A stretch of 62,943 nucleotides of DNA, counting the filler, from Octopus bimaculoides (lineage: Eukaryota): the NCBI RefSeq assembly GCF_001194135.2. It is 6 parts of 5 records of this genome, joined end to end, with 100 filler letters (N's around TTAATTAATTAA, not from the genome) between each part and the next. Parts side by side here need not be neighbours in the genome. Positions count along the whole stretch, not along the records: positions 43,018 to 53,326 come from NC_068996.1; positions 53,427 to 56,892 come from NC_068984.1; positions 56,993 to 60,656 come from NC_068996.1; positions 60,757 to 62,943 come from NW_026332501.1; 2 more parts are not named here. One strand, written 5' to 3'. Position 1 is the first letter of the stretch. The number at the start of each line of letters is the position of its first letter. Positions 52,077 to 62,943 of the stretch are shown in pieces. Made by a program: the position numbers and the translations under genes. Below the pieces are notes generated by a model. It did not search any database and was not told the origin of the DNA. It saw only the letters and a list, made by a program, of their open reading frames with translations.

Positions 52077-53028
52077 TCTAGCTGAACTGATCGACGTTGA
52101 AGTACATCCATCGTTCATGTCTTGGGTTAGAAAATTTTTGCACCGCAATGTAAGCTGATGCACTGTTTCTGATCTACAGTGATATATGTCCTCGCTCTTC
52201 CCTTTGTATTAACCCTGAAGTAATGTACAGATAGTATCACTGTTTAGTCTTCCCCAAGGTTCCGCAGTAAGTCGTCATCATCTTTATGTGAACTCGACAG
52301 CTCACGTGAAATTTGCACTTACTGCACGTAGAGGCACATCGAAAACATCCTCCAAAAGCAACATGATAACCCCTCTCAACAGCTGAAAGACATAATCACT
52401 GCTTATAATAATAAATAAATAAATAATGTATTCTACCGTTTCTTGTCTTGGATTGTGTACACAAACTACTCAGTGTCTACTGATCAAAAGTATCAAAATA
52501 TCTACCGGCAGTTCCTTGCACGTTCATATTATCAACACAGAAAACTTGTTTTTTCCAAACTACTGCAGCTCTTCAGACCCAAGAAATACTTTAACTTTGA
52601 TTATTTTTTGCTAAGTTCGAGTAGAGCCAGTAGTAGAATGTGACATCCATATCAGTTACTGTGTTGCTGATACTCATGTAAACACCCTAGATATTGTTAA
52701 AACACTACAACAGATCTGATATGAAAATGTCCATTTGCCTACTGTTGCTCACAGATGTTCTATCTTTTCTCTACGGGAAAAGAACCGCTATCTGGGAACA
52801 CAGAGCAGTTGTTCTTTTACCTATCTTTCAGGCTAATATTGTTATTAAAAGCTTTGCATTTCTGCTGTCTGGCTGTTTCTTTGTTTTGTTTTATCTCTCA
52901 CCAGTTTCGGCCATCCTGGTACTTATTCTATCGAGCTCTAATGCCAAACTGCTACATTACAAGGACGTAAATAAACCAATATCGAATGTCAAGCAGTAAT
53001 CGGGACAAACACAAACACACACACACAG

Positions 53029-53077
<49 letters not shown>

Positions 53078-53295
53078 CCCATTCATAAGGCCTTGGCTGG
53101 CCTGAAGCTATGCACTTATACACTTTTATTTGTTTCAGTCATTTTGACTGTGGCCATGCTGGAGCACCGGCATTTTAGTCGAAGAAATTGACCCCAAGAC
53201 AACCGCTAAGTTACGAGGACTTAAACACACCAAAATCGGTTGTCAAGCGATGGTGAAGGGACAAACAGACACAAACACACAATTATATACATACT

Positions 53296-53326
<31 letters not shown>

Positions 53327-53538
53327 NNNNNNNNNNNNNNNNNNNNNNNNNNNNNNNNNNNNNNNNNNNNTTAATTAATTAANNNNNNNNNNNNNNNNNN
53401 NNNNNNNNNNNNNNNNNNNNNNNNNNTATATATATATATATATATATTGATAGGAAGGACAACAAAAGAAAGAAAGAGACCTCGATATTATTTAAATAAA
53501 GGAATTTATCTGCAAAAATATGTGAAATTTGAAAATTG

Positions 53539-53587
53539 GATAACTGAAGAGATGCCCACCCTGGCCTCCGAAACTTGGAGTTTTATC
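53539..53587 (+). ncRNA. Minimal type I hammerhead ribozyme motif (third family)
   Basis: GAUAA CUGAAGA GAUGCCCACCCUGGCCUCC GAAA CUUGGAGU U UUAUC: 5-bp stem I and exact core boxes; stems II and III imperfect. Confidence 0.55.
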
Positions 53588-53669
53588 ATGGTTACTGAAT
53601 AAGTGTCATATTTTTACGGATATGTATTACATATATATATATATAGTATGTATATATTATATATATTAC

Positions 53670-53705
<36 letters not shown>

Positions 53706-53902
53706 TATTGGAGAAGGCTCTCAGTAATAAGTGTAGCAAAACAGCAGTGCATCAGCAAGTTAAATGTTGAAGTGAATCTTATGCTTTTTGCTGTGTTTTT
53801 AAATGGCTTATAAACACCTTCCACGTTGCAATTGTTTTCGTTCCAGCACACCATCTCAGATAAGGTCACTTGCTATGCAAGTATATCTCTGTAAGATATA
53901 TA

Positions 53903-53950
<48 letters not shown>

Positions 53951-53959
53951 CATACATAT

Positions 53960-55430
53960 ATATATACATGTCAGAGTGTAAGTATCTTGAGAGAAAAGCT
54001 GAACATTAGAAGCATCAGTTGTGGCGTGCAAGAGAGACGATTGCGCTGGTATGGATATGTGGTGAGAATGGATGAGGATAGCTGCGTGAAAAAGTGCCAC
54101 ACCCTAACANNNNNNNNNNNNNNNNNNNNNNNNNNNNNNNNNNNNNNNNNNNNNNNNNNNNNNNNNNNNNNNNNNNNNNNNNNNNNNNNNNNNNNNNNNN
54201 NNNNNNNNNNNNNNNNNNNNNNNNNNNNNNNNNNNNNNNNNNNNNNNNNNNNNNNNNNNNNNNNNNNNNNNNNNNNNNNNNNNNNNNNNNNNNNNNNNNN
54301 NNNNNNNNNNNNNNNNNNNNNNNNNNNNNNNNNNNNNNNNNNNNNNNNNNNNNNNNNNNNNNNNNNNNNNNNNNNNNNNNNNNNNNNNNNNNNNNNNNNN
54401 NGGGTGGCACATGAGATGCACCATTTTGAGCGTGGTCGTTGCCAGTACCGCCTGACTGGCTCCCGTAGGATTTTTGAGCGAGATCGTTGCCAGTGCCCCT
54501 GGACTGGCTTGTGCGGGTGGCACATAAAAGACACCATTTCGAGCGTGGCCGTTTTCGTGCGGGTGACACGTAAGAGCACCCACTACACTCTCTGAGTGGT
54601 TGGCGTTAGGAAGGGCATCCAGCTGTAGAAACTCTGCCAAATTAGACTGGAGCCTGGTGTTGCCATCCGGTTTCACCAGTCCTCAGTCAAATCGTCCAAC
54701 CCATGCTAGCATGGAAGGCGGACGTTAAACGATGATGATGATATATGTGTATATATATATTATAGATATAATATATATACTCGACAGAGTGTAAGTACCT
54801 TGAGAGAAAAGTTGGACCTAAGAAGCAACAGTTGTGGTGTGCAAGAGAGACAATTGCGCTGATATGGTCATGTAGCAAGAATAGATGAGGATAGCTGTGT
54901 GAAAAAGTGCCCCAGGAAGACCTGGGATGAGGTGGTGAAGCAGGACCTTCAAATATTAGGCCTCACCGAGGCAATGAGTATTGACTGAAACCTTTGGAAA
55001 TATGTTGTGCATGAGAAGACCTGGCAAGCCAAGTGAGACCATAACCCGTGGTCTTTGCCAGGGGTGTAGCCAGCCCAGTTATGCGTACCTTTCCTTCCTT
55101 GGACACTAAACTCTGCTTGCGAAGACCTGTTGGGGCAAGTGAAATCAAAATTGAACCAAATTCGATGACTGACACCGGTGCCAGTGGAGTGCTAACAGCA
55201 CCATCCAAGCATGATCATTGCCAGAGCAGCTGTCTGGCTCCCGTGCCAGTGGTATGTGAAAAGCACCATTTGAGCATGATCGTTACCTGCATTGCCTTAC
55301 TGGCACTTGTGCCGGTGGTACGAAAAAACATTCGAGTGATGTCATTGCCAGTGCCGCTGGACTGGCTCCTATGCAGGTGGCACGTAAAGAACACCATTTG
55401 AGCATGGCTGTTGCCAGTACTACACTACAT
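53960..55430 (+). mobile_element. Cluster of 5'-truncated RTE LINE ends with tandem 3' UTR units
   Basis: ERRLRWYGYVVRMDEDSCVKKC (twice) and repeated gagcgtggccgttgccagtaccgcctgactggc units. Confidence 0.85.
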
Positions 55431-55509
55431 GCCAAACAGCCGCTCCTGCACCAATTATATATATATTATATACATGTATATGTTATCTAATGTTATGTAT
55501 ATATTATAC

Positions 55510-55960
55510 ATCATCTCCATCATTGTCATTTAACATCCATTTTCCATGTGGACATGGGTTAGACGGTTTGGCTGATGGCTATCGAGCCAGAAGTCTACAC
55601 CAGGCTCCAATCTGATCTGGCAATGTTTGTACAGCTTGATGCCCTTCCTAACACTAACCACTCTAAGTGTATAGTGGGTGCTTTTACATGCCACCGGCAC
55701 GAGGGCCAGTCAGGCAGCACTGGCATCGACCATGCTCAAATGGTACTTTTTATGTGCTACCTGCACAGGAGCCAGTTCGACAGCACTGGCAATGACCACA
55801 CTCAAATAGTGTTTTTTACGTTCCACTGGCACAGGAGCCAATTTAAGCGATGCTGGCAACGATCACGCTCGAATGGTGTTTTTTGCATACCACCGGCACA
55901 GGAGCCATTCAGCGGCCCTCACAACTATCACGCTCGAATAATGCTTTTAACATTCCCCTG
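55510..55960 (-). mobile_element. Inverted RTE 3' tail
   Basis: Reverse complement of the tail and 3' UTR units. Confidence 0.75.
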
Positions 55961-55972
55961 GTACATATTATG

Positions 55973-56023
<51 letters not shown>

Positions 56024-56039
56024 ACTTTTCAGCAATGAA

Positions 56040-56610
56040 GAATCTCATCCTTCTCGGTGATGACATTTGAGTTGTCTGCTGTTTTCAGCTGGGATGTTGA
56101 TGAACTTTGGGGACGGTAGATTTCCTTGGTTCCAGCAAAAGAAGAACACTTCAAAGCCTTGTTGAATCGCCTGTCCACTGTTTCTGAAGACCTGCTGTAG
56201 AACATTCCTCAACACCCTGTCAAACTGGAACTCTCACGTCCCCCTTCCCATATCGAATTCATGAGCGCTTTCAATCAAATGAAGCCTCCCGGACCCGACA
56301 ACTTTCCCTTTGAACTCCTCAGAGTGGGTAGATCTGCTCTTCAAGCAAGACTCTTCATGCTGATTCTGCAGATCTGGGAGAAGAAACAGATTCCTCAAGA
56401 TCTCAAAGATGCAGTCATTGTCACCATCTTCAAGAAAAGGGATAGGAGCCTTTGTGGTAACTATCATGGCATCTCTCTGCTTTCAATCGCAGGAAAGATC
56501 ATCGCTCGAATCTTGTTACAACATCTCCAAGTAGTAGCTGAGTCAGTCTTTCCTGAGTCACAGTGTGGTTTCAGACGGTCAAGAGGTACCATCAACATGA
56601 TCTTTTATAC
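56040..56610 (+). mobile_element. RTE (BovB-like) RT N-terminal fragment
   Basis: PGPDNFPFELL...IPQDLKDAVIVTIFKK.DRSLCGNYHGISLLSIAGKI...PESQCGFRRSRGTINMIF. Confidence 0.88.
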
Positions 56611-56989
56611 ATACATACAAGATATATATTATATATACACATATAACATATATGCATACAAGATATATATTATATATATTTACATGCATATATATATATG
56701 ATATATATTTTATATTTATACATATAAGATATATATTATATATATATACTATATATAAATATTATATATGTATACATATATATATTATATATGTATACAT
56801 ATATATATTATATATATATATATATATTATATATATATATATTATATATATATATATACTATATGTAAATATTATATATGTATACATATATANNNNNNNN
56901 NNNNNNNNNNNNNNNNNNNNNNNNNNNNNNNNNNNNTTAATTAATTAANNNNNNNNNNNNNNNNNNNNNNNNNNNNNNNNNNNNNNNNN

Positions 56990-57330
56990 NNNGGCACATA
57001 AAACACACCATTTTGAGCGTGGCCGTTGCCAGTACCGCCTGACTGGCTTTCGTAGAATTTTCGAGCGAGATCGTTGCCAGTGCCCCTCGACTGGCTCTTG
57101 TGCGGGTGGCACATAAAATACACCATTTTGAGCGTGGCCGTGGCCAGTACCACCTGACTGGCCTTCGTGCGGGTGACACGTAAAAGCACCCACTACACTC
57201 TCTGAGTGGTTGGCGTTAGGAAGGGCATCCAGCTGTAGAAACTCTGCCAAATCAGATTGGAGGCTGGTGTTGCCATCCGGTTTCACCACATGCTAGCATG
57301 GAAAGCAGACGTTAAACGATGATGATGATG
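56990..57330 (+). mobile_element. RTE 3' tail with tandem units
   Basis: Same structure as 54400-54740. Confidence 0.8.
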
Positions 57331-57514
57331 ATACATGCATATATGGGTACAGGACATCAAAAAAACATGAGCAAAATGAAAAGCGAGACCATAGAAAAAC
57401 AAAAACATAGAAAACAAACTTGTTTTTGAACAATGAAAGAAACAAATAGAGAAACAAGACAGGCAACATAAAGAAAACCCCATCATCAATTGTCCCCTGT
57501 TTTATCTACTCTGC

Positions 57515-58365
57515 ATTTTACATGTTTACACTTTTATCACCTTCAAAGTATTCTCCATTTGAAGCAATGCACTGGTCCAAGCATATTTTCCACTTTGCAA
57601 AGTAGTGCTGGAACTCTTGTAAATTGATGCCTTTTAATGCCTCTGTCATTTTTTCCTTCACCTCTTCCACATCTGCAAATTCTGCAGTGTCAGCTTTAAT
57701 CACCAGTGATGACCTTGAAAATAGGCTTGGATCAACTCCAACTGTTCTTTCAGTTCACAACATACATTCAGTCATGACTGCTTTTGATCTTTCATGAGCA
57801 AGCAAGGCACAAATTTTGCTGCAACTCTTTTCATTTGCAATCCTTGCTAAAAGTTCGTTGGCAGGAGCTTCAGGACACACCAGTCATATTAACAAGTTCG
57901 TCAGTTGTTTGGTGACAGTCCTTTGAGATCAGTTCATGAACTTTCACAATGTTTTTATTCATTTAAGAGATTAACAGTCGCCTTGAACGAGGTTGGTCCT
58001 CAAGTGACAAGTGACCATTCTTAAAGTATGAAAACCACTGGTAAACTTGTGTTTTGCTCATGGCAGCATCCTTGTAAGCTGTTTGAAGCATGAGAACTGT
58101 TTTGACCACCGTTTTCCCCAGCAGAAAACAGAATTTCACAGAAGTACACTGTTCCTTCATTTCAGCCACTACAAAAATCAACTAACAAGGAAGAAGCATT
58201 GCAAAACAAATATGCGTCATGTGGCAGTACCATTTCACACACTGCCACTGTTCAGCAGACTGATGCCTGAGGGTCACATCAAGTGACTTCTAGTGGCGAA
58301 AGCCTAAACTGCAACTGGTTTGTTCCATAGAGAACGTTTCTTGTTACTTTTGGGTACCTCCTCGT
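57515..58365 (-). mobile_element. Internally deleted mariner, same family as 27938-28826
   Basis: TIR ttttgggtacctcctcgta; MSKTQVYQWFSYFKNGHLSLEDQPRS and NGEYFEGDK. Confidence 0.85.
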
Positions 58366-58663
58366 AGTTGAGCTGAAAGAGGTGTAAGGGAAATGAATTG
58401 TAGTGTTCAACTGTGGTAGATATGCTAGTATTGACAAGTAATATGTATCGATTATGACTGGTGGATAAAGAAATGATAGGAGATTCATGTGGAAAAATCC
58501 AAAGAAGAAAATAGACTAAAAAGAGACAAGTTGTGATGGCAAAGGCTTGTCACAAGAAGCTGAACTTTACAAAGGAGACTATGATAGAATGCTGTGAAGA
58601 AATGATTGTGAGTTGGAGAAGATATGAACAATTCATGGAAGTATAGAAAAATAGTTGTATAAT

Positions 58664-58729
<66 letters not shown>

Positions 58730-58833
58730 GCATGTGTGTGTGTGTGTTTGTATCTACAAAAGTGATTGCATGTATATATTTATCTATTTATAATGTAAGC
58801 AAAATACATTAAAATTCAGTCAAGGTCTACATA

Positions 58834-59709
58834 TGAGGTTTGATCAATAAGTATCCGGACTGTTGCCATAGTAACGAGGCTAAAGCATGCACAGTGAAGC
58901 TGCTTGGCACACATTGACCTTAGACTCTGCTGTGAATGCACACTGTGTTTTAACATTCTAGCTCACTTCCACTGTTTACAGCAGTGCATGGAAGGAACGT
59001 GTGTAGCATGTGATCATTGCATTGAGAGAAAGTTGCCATGGTGATACCTGCTCAGAGGCCTACGCAAAGTTGCAGAAAGTGTATGGAGAGGTGTGTATGA
59101 GCCACACACAACTGTACGAGTGGTTCAGACGTTTTCAAGATGACTGAAAAAATGTCGATAGTGTCGGACGTTCTAGGAGACCCACAACCAACAGAACTGA
59201 GAAAAACATTGCAGATGTGCGTGCAGCTGTGAGGGGAAATCGTCGAATCACCATCTGTGAATTATCAGAGGATGTGCAGATTAGTTACAGTTCAGTTCTG
59301 TCCATTATCACTGAAGATTTGGGTATGAAACACATGTCTACCAAGTTTGTGGCAAAACTGCTTTTGGCTGACCAAAATGACACTCAGATTTCAGTTGCGC
59401 AAGACTTCCTTGGTTGTGTCAAGAATGATGAAAACTTTGCATAAGTCTCTGAGCAGGTATTGCCAAGCTTTTGGCAAAATTGGATGCAGATTCTCTGCTG
59501 AACTTTGTCTGTTATGGTCAATGTGACGAACACATGCTACACACATTTCTTCCAAGCACTGCTGTAAACAGCAAAAGTGAGCAAGAATGTTAAAACTTAG
59601 TCCACATGCACAGTAGAGTTCAAAGTCAATCTGTGCCTAGCAGTTTCACTCTGTGTACTTTAGCTTTGTTACTATGGCAACGGTCCAGATACTTATTGAT
59701 CAGATCATG
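58834..59709 (+). mobile_element. Mariner derivative with about 190-nt terminal inverted repeats
   Basis: 58834-59025 is the imperfect reverse complement of 59515-59709; TA flanks; interior encodes only the transposase N-terminus (EWFRRFQ, RRITICELSE). Confidence 0.85.
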
Positions 59710-60420
59710 TATATTGTTTTACTCTGGGCATAATCATGTTTCTGGTAGACAAACATTTATAAATATATACACAATTTATTCCTTTCATCATATGTACTAG
59801 ATGCAGAGGGTCATTCAACACAAAGAGTACCTAGGAAAAAGACTCACTCAAATGCCCAGATAATTTTCTAGAAGTTCAATAGTTTCTGTTACCTAAGTGT
59901 CCTAATTAGCTCTTCTCCCCCACCTCTCTGTGTGTGTGTCTGTGTGTGTGCATGCACGCATGTATGTGTATGGTCCTCTGAAAGCATAATAGCCAGAATA
60001 AGAATGGGTGAGAAAAATTTCAGGTAGCCACTATCTTTATTTGTAACAAGACTCATCTTCTGAGTGAAGAGCTGTTTTATGATACTTGTATACAATGTGT
60101 GATATTAGTGAGTTGTAGGACTTGAATGCAGAGAATTTGCAATGAGTAAAAAGAAATGAAGTGAGCAAGCTTCACTGGGTGTGTAATGTGAGTATACACA
60201 AAAACTGAAATGCAAAAGACTCAAGAGGGAAGCTGTGTATGAGAGGAGCCAAATGTATGGTAAGAAGCTTGCTTTTGAACCACAAATTTCCAGGTTCAGT
60301 TCCACTGCACGGTATCTTGGGCAAGTGTTTTCTACTTTAGAATTGGGCTAACCAAAGTCTTGTGAGTGGATTTGGTAAACATCAACTGAAAGAAGCTATT
60401 GTATATATGTATGTGTGTGT

Positions 60421-60652
60421 GTGTTGGCCCAAAAGTAGGTTTACAGTTATTCAACTATCGCTTTTGCATTCATATATTAACAATTTAGATCTTAATTATA
60501 AAAAAATATGAAACCATTATTCTATGATAATTTAGTTAATTTTGTCAAGACCCTTTTCAGTTTTCAAGATAGAAATTTAAATGTAATAAAACATTTTAAA
60601 AGAAATTTGAAGTGCCTATGTGATAACTGTAAACCTACTTTGGGCCACCCTG
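60421..60652. mobile_element. Tc1/mariner-type MITE
   Basis: TIRs ggcccaaaagtaggtttacagtta / taactgtaaacctactttgggcc. Confidence 0.8.
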
Positions 60653-61276
60653 TATANNNNNNNNNNNNNNNNNNNNNNNNNNNNNNNNNNNNNNNNNNNN
60701 TTAATTAATTAANNNNNNNNNNNNNNNNNNNNNNNNNNNNNNNNNNNNNNNNNNNNACCGCCTCCGCCACCAACAACAATAGAAATAAGAAGAAAAAAAT
60801 TAGGTGAGAAGCAATACAAAGAAATAAGTAAATATATATGTGTGTGTGAGTGTATGTGTGTGTGTGTGTGTGTGTGTAAAAGTATGTTTCTGTACAGACT
60901 GACAGACACACACACACACACACACATATGCATCCATATAAATACATATACATCTATACACACACACACACACACACACACTCCCATACATTCATACGTA
61001 CACACAGACGTGCACCCACACACACACACACACGCATAGGGCAAGACGAACATTCTGCTTTTATTCATAAAGGAAACATCTGCTCCAGACAAGGAATGGA
61101 CGACCAGAATGACAATGAAAACATCAATAATAATGATAATAGTAACAACAATATAACAAACACAATAATGCCGACCATAATGACAAGAAGATCTAGGACT
61201 GTTGTTGTAAGTCATAGCAAGAAGGACGAAGACGAAGGAGAGATAAGTAGATAGGTAGAGAGAGAGGGAGAGAGGG

Positions 61277-61278
61277 GG

Positions 61279-61375
<97 letters not shown>

Positions 61376-61378
61376 GGT

Positions 61379-61410
<32 letters not shown>
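61277..61410. repeat. (AGAT)n microsatellite
   Basis: Directly visible. Confidence 0.97.
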
Positions 61411-62579
61411 GAGGGAATAGTGGGGAAAGACAGAGAGACAGAGACAGATTGAAAGAGATATAAAAAGATAGATAGCTAGAGAGAGAGAGAGAGAGAGAGG
61501 GAGGGAGGGAGAGACAGACAGACAGACAGACAGACAGATGACAACAAAACCCAAGACAACATCAAGCACTAGCAAAAACAGATAAATCTACAAATAGGTC
61601 CAGAGAGAGAGAGAGAAAGAGAAAGAAAGATAATGAGAGAAAGACAGAGAGGGAAAAAGATATAGATTGATAGATAAAGAGAGAGAGAGAGAGAGAGAGA
61701 GAAAGGTAGATAGAGATAGACAGAGAGGAAGAGATATAGGTAGATGAATAGATAGATAGAGAGGGAGAGAGAGAGAGACGCACAGAAAGGTTCAGAAAAA
61801 GGTGACAGACAGACAGATGACAACAATAACAATAACGACAACAAAAACATCGAAGGCTTTGATGCTTTCAGCAACAACAACAACTAGAATAAGAGAGGGG
61901 GAAAGAGAGAGAGGAGGACAGAGAGAGAGAGAGGGGGAAAGAGAGAGAGAGAGAGGGAGAGATCAATACAGATGACGTCAATAACAACAAGTTCAAAAAG
62001 AAAGGTATCGATAACAACAACAACAACAACAGCAACAACAGAAGCCACAACAACAACAAGAAGAATGGAAGTCGAAAGGACAACAGCAGTTACCACAACA
62101 TCAGTGAAAGAAGTGCAACAGGTGTAACACCAACACGAAGAGAAGCAGTAACAACAACAACAACAAGATCAACATTGAGGGAGAACAGCAGCAGCAAAAG
62201 ATACAGAAGACAATAAAGCAACGATAAAGGCCAACGGCAGCAAAAAAGCAAGAGAAGCTAACAGCAGCAGAGCAATTACAAGAAAAAGGTCAACAGCAGT
62301 TGAAAGAAAGAAAATAGCAACAGCGACTGGAAAAAGAGGAATTGAGGCCAACAGCAGCAAAAAACAACAACAAAAAGGTCAACAGGAGCAAAAGAACAAC
62401 AAGAAGAGGAATTAAGAGCATCGACACCAACGAAAACTAGTTAGGCCAACAACAGCAGTAATTATTCGTACAAAAACTGCAACAGCCGCAACAAAAATAC
62501 AGGCCAAGGGGTTCTCGTCCATTCCTTACCTATGGACCCTCCTTTTTTTTTTCCTGTTTTACTCGGGTGACCCCTCATA

Positions 62580-62943
62580 ATTATTCAATGTTCTAAGAGA
62601 CCGATAGAATAAGTACTAGGCGGTGAGCTGGCAGAAACGTTAGCACGCCGGGCGAAATGATTTGCGGTATTTCGTTTGTCGCTACGTTCTGAGTTCAAAT
62701 TCCGCCGAGGTCGACTTTGCCTTTCATCCTTTCGGGGGTCGATAAATTAAGTACCAGTTACGCACTGGGGTCGTTGTAATTGACTTAATCCATTTGTCTG
62801 TCCTTGTTTGTCCCCTTTATGTTTAGCCCCTTGTGGGCAATAAAGAAATAAGAATGAGTACTGGGCTTACAAAGAATAAGTCCTGGGGTCGATCTGCGCG
62901 ACTAAAGGCAGTGCTCCAGCATGGCCGCAGTCAAATGACTGAA
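62580..62943 (+). mobile_element. Nested SINEs: OR-like copy inside the tail of an OK-like copy
   Basis: gagaccgatagaataagtactagg is interrupted by ggcggtgagctggcag... and resumes agtactgggcttacaaagaataag. Confidence 0.75.

Noticed and set aside
54400-57330. CRISPR-like or satellite-like regularly spaced repeats
   Set aside because: Units are tandem parts of a LINE 3' UTR with no unique spacers and no cas genes, in a eukaryote.
59840-59900. Minus-strand exon-like segment ending in gtgagt, considered as a WTAP 5' exon
   Set aside because: Stops in candidate frames and no similarity to the WTAP N-terminus.
61000-62460. Purine-rich block with repeated sub-blocks and hydrophobic minus-strand ORFs
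   Set aside because: Degenerate (AG)n/(AGAC)n/(AAC)n low-complexity DNA; no coding signal.

Overview
Eukaryotic draft-assembly DNA, most likely an octopus or related coleoid cephalopod (inferred from tRNA-derived SINEs resembling the octopus OK/OR families, RTE and R4/Dong LINEs, and extreme microsatellite density). One host gene is recognisable: two minus-strand coding exons of WTAP/fl(2)d, the m6A-writer regulatory subunit (23474-23347 and 16343-16165), with canonical splice sites and continuous frame; its other exons were not found. The intron after the second exon is TE-poor for about 5 kb and holds several ways to end the protein right after ...SAWKFTAD (intron read-through, a 51-nt mini-intron, and a 79-nt stop-containing cassette exon with strong splice sites), echoing the short vertebrate WTAP isoform. 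The rest is degenerate mobile DNA: hAT, several mariners and MITEs (one nested), RTE LINEs (some with PHD-like or triple C2H2 fingers), a Penelope-like element, R4/Dong, Tx1/L1-like LINEs, Helentron-like repeats and SINEs. The most unusual non-coding signal is a set of type I hammerhead-ribozyme motifs from several unrelated repeat families, including a tandem plus inverted 350-500 nt array at 1590-3420 that looks like a retrozyme or Penelope pseudo-LTR array. TTAATTAATTAA inside N-runs is a six-frame-stop contig linker, so adjacency across those points is unverified. Most ORFs in the supplied track are microsatellite or TE-antisense noise. TE boundaries are approximate unless TIR/TSD positions are given.
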